Both the position numbers and the translations under genes were made by a program. A stretch of DNA of 39,586 nt from Candidatus Uhrbacteria bacterium (GTDB taxonomy: Bacteria > Patescibacteriota > Patescibacteriia > UBA9934 > GWF2-40-263): contig JACQSJ010000024.1 of NCBI GenBank assembly GCA_016205995.1, positions 1-39,586 on the forward strand, given 5' to 3'. Positions 7,609-17,600 of the stretch are shown here, one piece after another. Every line of letters starts with the position of its first letter. The stretch's first letter is position 1. The notes below the pieces were generated by a model. That model was not told the origin of the DNA, did no database searches, and saw only the letters and a list, made by a program, of their open reading frames with translations.

Positions 7609-7637
7609 TTGACAAAATGCCAAAAATACGGTCAAAT
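7609..7637 (+). promoter_or_regulatory. Putative sigma70 promoter for the 7735-8379 gene
   Basis: TTGACA-17-TCAAAT; preceded by a block similar to 6080-6157. Confidence 0.5.
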
Positions 7638-7734
7638 GGAAGCAGAAAGTAGTTCCTTGCGCCGAAAGGCGCGTCCCCAAAAACCCAACCCGCTCCCGCA
7701 TCGAAATGCGGAACGGGGCACAAAGAGGTGAATC

Positions 7735-8379
7735 ATGACCCGCTTCCTGCTGGCCATCCTCCTCCTGCCCCTCGCCTTCGCGGCGGGGTGCGTGGAGCCC
7801 ACCTGCGACGGCGCCGAGTGCGTCGAAGACCCCGCCTGCACCGACTGCGGCGGGGACGACGACGACAGCGTCGACGTCTTCAACGGAGCGACCCTCCGCA
7901 ACATCGCGCCGTACGGGTGGATCGGGAGCACCAATCTCGCCCTCGTGGACGAGTTCCCGGACACCGTCTGCGAAGACGTCAACGTGTGCGACTACCCCGT
8001 CGAGGAGACGGGGAACTACTTCGTCGCCACCTTCGGGGAGACCTTCATCTGCGTCCCGCAGACGCAGCTCGTCACCGAGTCCGACGACGGCAACGTCGTC
8101 AGCGTCGACGACGCGTGGACGGGTGAGGGCGTCTGCGGCCTGGCTCCCAACGGGGAGTACAGTGGCTGGGATGTCGACACCGACATCGGCTCGCTCAATG
8201 GGTTCGACCAGGTGTGGATCACGGTCGACAACTACATGGCGGTCATCACGGGTTCCGATTTCTTCTACGAGGACGACGAGTACCTCCTGGAAGGATGGGT
8301 CTCCGATGACCTGAACGAGGTCTACTTCCACCGCGTCCTTGAGACCGGTGAGTACGAACAGACCATCTACCTGGAGTGA
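7735..8379 (+). CDS. Acidic, Cys-rich putative lipoprotein
   Basis: GAGGTG SD; lipobox-like LAFAAG-C after a hydrophobic stretch; CDGAEC..CTDCGGDDDDS; high GC3. Confidence 0.78.
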   Translation: MTRFLLAILLLPLAFAAGCVEPTCDGAECVEDPACTDCGGDDDDSVDVFNGATLRNIAPYGWIGSTNLALVDEFPDTVCEDVNVCDYPVEETGNYFVATFGETFICVPQTQLVTESDDGNVVSVDDAWTGEGVCGLAPNGEYSGWDVDTDIGSLNGFDQVWITVDNYMAVITGSDFFYEDDEYLLEGWVSDDLNEVYFHRVLETGEYEQTIYLE

Positions 8380-8410
8380 CGAACTCCTCAACCGTCTTCG
8401 GACGACCCCG

Positions 8411-8442
8411 TCCTCCGCTGCTACGCAGCTACGGAGGGCAAG
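8411..8442 (+). repeat. Short REP-like hairpin
   Basis: cctccg-ctgctacgcagcta-cggagg-gcaag. Confidence 0.5.
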
Positions 8443-8495
8443 CGCGCGACTCTCTCACACAGAGTCGCTATTTATTTTCTCGAAATCCCTTCGTC

Positions 8496-8577
8496 TGTGT
8501 CATTGCGAGGGAGCGAAGCGACCGAAGCAATCCGATCCGAAAGAGATTGCTTCGGCCTTCGGCCTCGCAATGACACA
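8496..8577. repeat. GTCATTGCGAG-type long palindromic element
   Basis: tgtgtcattgcgagg/cctcgcaatgacaca outer stem and ccgaagcaatc/gattgcttcgg inner stem. Confidence 0.85.
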
Positions 8578-8603
8578 ACACAAATAACACATGGATGACT
8601 ATT

Positions 8604-8636
8604 CAAAAAACGAGCCTCACAGAAGCTCGTCTTTTG
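8604..8636 (-). terminator. Terminator-like hairpin after the giant gene
   Basis: acgagc/gctcgt stem flanked by A and T tracts, just past the stop codon at 8643. Confidence 0.55.
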
Positions 8637-8642
8637 GTTTGC

Positions 8643-11600
8643 TTACTCAGCCAGGATGTACACCGCTCCATCGTAATTGATCCATGGATTCACAATTCCA
8701 CCACCATTATCATCGCAGGAACTGCTCGAACTATTTTCGGAAGGACAATTCTCAATATCACACTCATCCTGGTCAGCACCCGTCTCATAATCAGTTACCC
8801 CTGTATAACACCCATCCGTCCCATCACTATCAGGTCCTGAATCACAGGTCCCCGTACACCATCCCCAGTTGTCCATCACGTGCACGCGGGGTTGGAAGAC
8901 ACAGGACTGGCCGTCGTAACAGGGCGAGTTGATCAGCCGGCCGTCTTCGTCAAATGTGCACTCCCGCTCCACGCCGGCGGCGATCAGTTGTTCCAGACGT
9001 CCCGTTGTGCAGACGTAATCATGCGTGAACGCCACATAGCTACTGCTGCAGGCCTGGGTGTACTGGCCAAACTCATCTGCATCATCGCTGCACTGCTGTG
9101 TATCCGAGGTCGGACTCAAGCCGCGGTAGTTCTTGTAGAAGTTATCTGGGGTAATGGATCCGCTTTGGCTCCCTGATGGCCAGGGGATATCTCCGGTGAT
9201 GGAGGCAAAGTCATCCCCCCAGTCGACGATGATGCGACGGATCGGCATCTGATCGGAGTCGGCATAGGTATAGAAACTGACGGTCACGCGCTTGGCGCCT
9301 TCCCCTTCCACCGTCCCGCTGTCCACCTCATTGACGGAAAACTTTCCCGTGCTCCCTTCGTAGCAGGACGTCCCCTCGCACTCCCCAACCGAGAGAACGA
9401 CGGGCACGTGATTCTCTGCATCCTCTCTGACTCCCCGCGTGTCCCAATCCCACTCACCGTATACGGTTGAGAAAGGGACATAGTTCTCTTCGTTGAAAAG
9501 CGTGAACTCTCCCGTAATTCCCTCTCCCTCAAACATCGAATCTAGGTCAGCCGTACGAATATTCGTATACCCATCACTAAACTGAACGATACCGTAAATA
9601 GCACCAAACAGCTGCGAGAGGCGAGAACGAGCGCTTGCTATAGAGCCAATACTTTGAACGATCCCACTTGCAGATTCAGGTTCACTTGCACGGCAAGCAT
9701 AGACCGGAGGCAGATCCAGACAATCCTGCATAGATGCATTTGATTCACCCGAACAATTTCTGGTGTTTGTGCAAAAATTTGGTTCACACACGGCATCATT
9801 TGGATCATCCGTTCCACATTGATAACCGTTGTTTGGTCCACCCTGACAAGATCCAGCACAATATCCACCACCCGGAGCGCATGCGTCAGGCGCGTCCTCT
9901 TCCGGAATAGTACAGTCCGTCCCGTCAAAATCTCCTCCTACACACTCAAAGTTGCCGCATTCAATTGGATTTCCTCCGTCCGAATTGCACATTGCATCAC
10001 TGGGATCTCCGCTATCGTCACAACTGCACGTTGATGGATCCTCGCAGTAATCCTCATAAACCAGCGGAATGTCCGATGATTGGGAGATGCTCACATACGC
10101 TCTGGCGTCGAAATAGGAAGAACTTTCTATCTCTTCGGTACTAGCTGGAAAATCATCCACATCACATGACCCATCCGCGAGAGGAAGTTGTATAACATCG
10201 ACGTTTTCGACGTCCCGACACATCAAAATTCTATGAGGACCCGGGTCTGCCTGTGCATCCAAATCCAACCAATCGAGCGCACGTCCATATGGAATAATCG
10301 GGGTTGAATAAGAATAGCCTAGATGCTCTGTGTCGCCACCTGTCAGAGCAGGAAATGAAATTTGGTCCTCATATAACCTGTCCGTCCAAGCGGCGTTATA
10401 TGTGTTAAAGGCTTCATCTGATTCCAAGATGTTACTGGCGACTTGAACCGTCGTCAGGCAGGCAAAATAGGACTCGTAGCGCATGTCTAACCCTCTGTAT
10501 CCTTTTGTGCGAGTGCCATTTAACGTCAGAATTTCATCCATACCATCCACATATTCGAACTCATCATTGGAGGCAAACTCATAATATTCCGGAACGTTTT
10601 CCACAACCCCCTGTACCCAACAGTCATCATAGAACTCGTAAGCGGTTGCAAAATCATCAGGCTCCATGACGTAAATACTGATATCCGGAGTGAGGTTACT
10701 TGAAGCAAAATAATCATCAATGTCTCCGGGTGTTCTCACATAACCACTGCTGGAAGAAAACGCGGTGGGCCAACGTTGGGTTGGGATCTCACATTCCGTT
10801 CCGGCTGGGAATGTTTCATCATCAGCCACTTTGTAGGACCTTTTTGGCACACAGAAATACGGACAATCATCGTCGCCCACAAGAGCTGAACATTGTCCGG
10901 AATCTACGGGCACTCCCCCAACCTCAGCTTGGTCGCCACACCCTGTCATGACGGCAAAATACCCTTCCGGACAAAATACCGCAGCAATACAATCATCTTC
11001 GGCTTGTGGATTGTTCAAGGCAGGATTAAGTGGCTCATCTGATCCAACCGCATCCGCTTCGTCTCTAAAGTTCGCCCAGGAACCATAATTGCATTGGTTG
11101 TCCTGCACCTCGGCGCAGGCAATCGAAGATGTTTGAATGTTATAGGCTGTTCCAACCTCCGCGCAGTAATACGTATTCTGAGGCGCGTACCCGGCAGACG
11201 TGTACTTCCCATACAGGTCGGTGGCACCCGTAAGTTGGTCCACAGGAAGCCACGTGAGACATGCCTGGTCTTCATTGGCTGTCGATCCCATGGTCTGGAT
11301 CGATGTGTCTCTTTCAATACAGTAACCCGACCAGCCGTAAATAGAATCGACACGGGTCAAGAACGTACAGATCCCCGATTGGTCCTCAGAAGAAGTGGCT
11401 AAGGTACAGTCATCGTTGTCAGTGCACGGAATCCCGGAAACAGGCCCACCCGAACAAATGCCATCCGGAACGTCGTCCGGATTTGAAGCCAAGCTAAAGT
11501 ACCGATATCCTGTCCCCTGTCCGTATTTCGCCTTGTCATAGCTGCAGGAACAGTCGACGACATTGCCTTGTAGATCCAAAGCACAAACATTGGAATCTTG

Positions 11601-14600
11601 GAACCCGTTCACGAACCCGTACGGCAGAGCCGCTTGGCTTGATGGAGAAAGTACACCGGGATCCGGTAAGATGGATACGGGAGGCTCGCCATCGGCCTCA
11701 ATATCAGCTCCACTATACTCAATCCACGTCTCCACGATATCGGGCGAGTACGGCGAGTCAATCTCTGGATACGCGCGGCACTCTTCATCACGTGCCACGT
11801 CCACCTGCAACGGATCCGCATATCCATCCCCGTTGCGGTCAACAATGTCGGAGAGGCAGCGGTTGTTGAAGCAGGTTCCCACGCTCGACGACTCAACGGG
11901 GACACACGTACGCGTTGTGCTGTTGGTCACGCACGGATCGCGCGCGTCCTCGTCTGTCGTCAATTCATCCACACACACAAACTGAGCGGGATCGCAGACC
12001 GGAGTTGGAACGCTGGGTAGGGAACTTGAGGTCGCCGTCGTACAATCCGGGTTGGTTTGATCATTTGGATCATTGTTGTCGGGATTGCAGGTGCAATCCT
12101 CATTTCCACAATTCAGAGATCCCGTTGCCTGATAGTACCCGACAATACAATCTTCCTCTTCCGTACAGTCACTGTTGTCCGCACATGCTGTGCCGGTTTC
12201 CGAGCAATGACCAACGGTGCAGGATCCCCCGTTGCCGTCTCCGGCCTCGGTCGAGTCGCATGGCCCCGCGTTGTAGACCAGGCGGTAGTCTTGCTGAGTC
12301 GACGCCTCGCAATTGTAGAAACAGGTACCTGAGGCGGTATCGCATTGGGTGTACCCAGCACTCACACAGGCGGCATCAGAGGTACACGCCTGCCCGGTGT
12401 CAGAGGAACAATCCGTGTGCGTCGAGCAGACAATGGGGAAACCAAGGTCGTTGAGGACCGGCACGGCCTCAGGATTTTCAGGGGTGCCATCAGGATCATT
12501 ACAATAAGCCTCCGTCTCGACGTTGAACTGGTCGTAGAGCTCAACTGGCAACTGGTTGGGGATGGCGTTGCCCGAGTACTCATAACCGCTCCAGCTCACG
12601 TCGCGCAGGGAATACTGGTACGCCGAGAGAATCGTGGGGTCGGACTCGTCCCACGCCGAGCAGATGGCTCGATCACCCTGCTGTTGGCCGTCCACGCACA
12701 AATTGATCGAATCACAAATGGTGTCGTACTTGTTGGTGCTGGTGTTCCAACTGGTGCGCGAGCTCTCACAGGCCAGCCAGGACGCACAGGATCGGTCGCG
12801 ATTCACCTTGATGACCTCGTTGCTGTCGTCTTCTAGAGAAAAAATCGAAGAGACATTTGAACATGTTCCTGAAACCTCTTCCCCGTTGTATGTTGGAAGA
12901 GTGGCACAATCAGAATCAACAAAACAGGAGGCATCATAGACGGGGTTGGAGAAGGAGGAAGCAACTCCAGTATCCGAACTGGATGTGGTGAGCGAGTCGC
13001 CGATTTGGAGTTGGTATAAGCAACGTCGGGCGCACAAATCCACCGTCGTGCCGGTCCCGGCCACGGCCGCGTTCGCACTGGAGATCGTAAACTCGCCTCC
13101 GCCTTCCGTCGTACAGCTCACCGGATCCACTAAGGCATCCTCCTCTTTTCCGTAGAATACGTCGGCGTGTCTGGAGAGGATGTAGCTTGCACTCGCGTTG
13201 TAGGTAAGTTCTGAAACAGTCGTGTTGTTAAAAACCGCGCATCCAAACTTCTGGCTCACCTGGCCGTTACAGCGCTGGCTGTCCGTGAGCGTCTCCTCGT
13301 TCAAAAGCTCATCGTTGGTAAAGTAGTAGGACTGACCTTCCTCATTGAGGCCGCCGCCGGTATCCACGACGTCGATAAACTCGGTACACAGATCATACTT
13401 ACGCTCGCAGGCAGCGACCCAGCCGTCGTAGTAGTCCCACGCATCACCATCTCCATCGTCTTCGTCTCCATTGTTCCACACGCCAAACTCCTCGCCCGCG
13501 ATCAAGTACGCTTCGTCCTGGTCACGGTCATAACTGCCATCATTGTCGATGTCCTCCCAATAACACGGCTCGTTCGTGCCGGATCGGAACCACCCAAAGT
13601 ACGAGCGGTTCTCCATGGTCACGCTCGTCTTGTATTCACACTCCTTGTCCAGCGGATCCTTAAAGTAGAAATTCCCGTCCTGTGTTGATTCCCACTCCTC
13701 GCAGAACAGCGCTTCGTTGTCGCACAGGAGCGTGCCGTAATCCGCAGGGAGGTTTATGTAGTAGACCGACTCGAAACTTTCGACCTCGCTTTGATCCTGG
13801 GTATACGTCGGCGAACCAAACTCCTGACATCCCATGGCGCTTGAGGTGCACGCATACCGGTCGTCTTCAACGATGTACACCGGCGTGTCCCCGGAAATCA
13901 CGACCGTCTCTGGGCCGTACACGACGGCATAGCGCTCGGTCGCACTCACTGTTTCTACTGGTAGGACGCCGCCAAACGCCTGGTTGGCGTCAAAGACACA
14001 GTAGCCCTGACCGGCGATGATGGTGCAGTACTCCACCCCGTCGATTTCGCAGGCCACGTTGCTTGTCCGCACGTCGCCGTCGGTGAAGTCCAAGTCATTG
14101 GAGTACACGCAGCGGGCGTTGTACACCTGCGTGTAGGGCGATTCCGAATTGGCCGTCTGGTAGAACCCCTCACAACCCACCACCTCTTCTGAACACAGGT
14201 CAGAGAATTGGTAGAGGTCGACGTCGTTGCCGTTGTGGTCGGTGTAGGCCTCGCAGCCAAGATAGAACTGGGGCGAGTCCACCGCCTGCGGCGTCTGGTC
14301 GCAGGTACTGGGCACCACCCAGGAATCCTTGATGATGGTGATGTTCTCCTCGACCTGTTTGAGGGTCACGTTGTCCAGGTAGAATTCCGCGTCCGCACCC
14401 GTGGCAAAGCGCAGGACCGCGTTCTCGTCGAAGTCATCGTAGGCAGAGGTGTCGATGGGACCCAACGAGTAGAGCTGCCAGGCTCCCGAGAGTGTGAGGT
14501 CGTCGGGGATAAGTGGATCATTTTGCGGGTCAACGAAATTACGTGAGGATCCGGCTCCGCCTTCTTCCTCGAACGTTACCGCAAGACTGCCAGACCCCTT

Positions 14601-17600
14601 GGCCCAAAACTCCAGCACAAACGTCTTGCCAGCGACCAAGTCGTCCGTGAGCGCACCGCAACTTCCTTCCCCGTCCAAAACCGTACAGTCCTCGTCCTCT
14701 GAACCATCGCCGTCGATGTCATTGGTCACATCACATCCGCCAGTCCCTACCACTCCGGTACAGCTGGTTGGGTCGTCTTCATCGTAGGTGTCTATATTCG
14801 AAGGACCCAAATACACCTGAACGGTATCTATTCCTGCCGTGCCACCGGAGGGAGCCAAGACGTACAGCGAGTGTCCTTCTGTGGCGACCGACTCATTGCT
14901 GATGGCGATCTCATCGGGGAACGAGCTCAAGTCGGCCATGGCAAAGTCCTCATAGGTGCCACCCTCAAAGGTTTCCGAGAGAATCGTCGTCGCGTTGCGA
15001 CCCGCCCCTCCCGTGTAGGCGCGACACCCGTTTTGCTCAGCCGGACATTCCACACTCTCTTCTGGTAGGACGTAGTAGCGACAGAATCCTTGATCGGTCC
15101 AGTAGCCGCCGCTTCCTTCCTGAACTCCAAATGTCGCTATAGGACAATCGGAAGACACATTCCCTTGGCAATCGCAAGCGGTGCTTTCATCCTTTCGGTA
15201 CGCCGCGCACTCGTCAGATATCGAAATCGTGTCCGAGTACTGGCGGTAGTGGATGTTGCCTTCTGTGTCGAAAAACTCACGGCAGTCGGGGTTTCCAAAA
15301 ATGTCGTCGTGCTCATCGCACGCCTCGTTCGCCCAGACGTCATCTTGCATGGCCGAGTTGCTATCGCCACAGACCACCTCGTTCTCGGAATTCATCTGAA
15401 TGTGGGTGCAGGGGGCAAGCTCCGGATCCGTCTCTTCAAACGGAGTACATCCGAGTGGCGGTTCGAGTGACGGTGTGCAGCTATCAAACGTATCCGTCGC
15501 CCCGCCGTAATTGGACTGGAGCAGTGACCAGGTCTGGAGTTGGTACCCCTCGTTGTCCGATCCCTCCCACGTGAAGTACGTCGCTGGCGTCTTGTTCGTG
15601 GCGGTCGCGTCGGCGATGTCGGGGCTCAAACAGAACCGGAGGTCGGTGTAATACTCAATCCCCTCCCCGCCCGCTTCCACGCTCCCGAGGTTTGTATACG
15701 AGTCACATCCGACAAATTGCTCCGAGCAGGTACTGGCGCTGTCGGCGATAAAGTAGAGCGGGAACGATTGGCTTTCAAAATCCGTGGCTTCCTGCTTGTA
15801 AGTCGCATACCCCACGCACTCGCTTGGACACGCGTCAAGCTCAGAGATGATGGCTGGCACGCTTGGATCCCCGTCTTCTGGGGCGTACAAGCTACAGCCG
15901 ACTTCCTGCGCAGAGCACACTTGTGCGTAGGAATCACAGGCCTCTGGATCTGTGGGCTTCCCGGTGCATCCCAAATAGCTGGGCGCGATTTGGTAATAGA
16001 CCTCCGAGGGCGAACCACTATAGCCTTCGGCAAAGATATTCGCGTCCTCACCCAGCTCAAGCTGAAGTGCATCCACAAACAGGTTGCCCGTTGCGTAGGT
16101 CGGCGTATTGGCGACCTCAACCAAAATCTGAACGGTATTCTCTGGCGTGGTCATGAGGCACTCGAAACGGTCAAAGTCATCGGTGCTAGGCGCCTCGATG
16201 ATCTCGTACCAGTCATTGACCGCGTCCCATGTGCAATCGCCCGAGAACGACGTCCCGGCCGCGTCCAAGGGGACTCCGTCCGCATCCAAGAATGAAATTT
16301 GGACAAGCACCTCATCCCCGGAGGTCTGTGCCTGAAAGTAGCCACTGAACGTATAAAAATTATGCTCCGCCGCCTGTACGATCTGAGAGACATAATTGGA
16401 GTTGCCTGGAGTCAGGCGCAAGGACGTTGAACCAAATGCTGAAGTCGATGTGTCAAGGAATATGGAACTGGAATCTATCGGTGTCCAGCCATCGGGAGTC
16501 CCATCGCTGTCTTCGTCCTCTTCAAACGACGGATTTTGGACGGTGTTGAGGTACACGCCCTGCTCAAATGGGTAGAGCTGGGTGCAGCCGACATCGCCTT
16601 CGCTGCACGACGTCGCGTTGTTGGTGAGATATAAACGATCCTCGTAGGCGTATTGCTCGTAGGTGTAGGTTTCGCCAGACGTATAGATGTAGGCGCCACG
16701 CCCGGCCGTCTCCCATGCGGTGCCATTCCACGTGGGCGCGTTCACATCCGCATCGCGCTCTGCCAAGACGTAATCGTCCCCGGTGGCAAGCCACTCGTAG
16801 GTATCGTCAGCAGGATCTTCGGTCCCCGCGTCTTCCAGGTACTTGCCGGTGCGGTACCAGCGGCAACCGGCATTGTCCTGGTCGCAAACGCTGTAATTGA
16901 CTGTGCTCACCAAGAAATCTCCCGTATCCCCCGTTTCCGTATTTGTGAAAGAAAGGCAGGTGGCATACTCCTGTGGGCACTCATTGCCACGGAACCGCCA
17001 CACATTTTTCTCTTGCACGCAGTAGCCATACCCGTCCACGCAGTTCCCGTCGTTGTCTTCCCCGATACAGCTGGGGGCATCAACGCAGGAGGTGTTGCGC
17101 CCGGGAGAAAGCGTAGAAATGCGAATCTCCCCGTTTCCCACGGCGCGACACTCAGTCTGGGGATACTTCAACACCCAGTTGGGGTCGATCAGGTGGCACC
17201 ACTTGTTGTTGGAATCCGCAGCGCCCGCAGGGCCGATCGTGCCGTTCTCTGTGCAATCGTTAAAGCCGTCGATCACCTCCTGGAGCGTGGCGGGATTCGA
17301 CTCGCTGTTGCGCTGCGCCGCCAGTTCCCACCCAATGGGGAGCACGCGCGCCTTGCGCAGCTTCACAAGGTTCCCGTAGCAGTAGCCATATGTATGGCAG
17401 AACGGATCTTGGTTGGCTGCTTCGTTGTCCGGCGGGATGAGCGGCCAGTTGGCGTTTAAGAGACCTTCATCGATCGCCTCTTGCACGGTGAGGGGAACGC
17501 CGGCGGTTCCACGATTCACCGCTGCTAAGAAGTTTACGTCCATCACGCAGTTATTGAGCCCACGGTTGATCGTCCCTTCCGCGGTACACACGACGAACTC

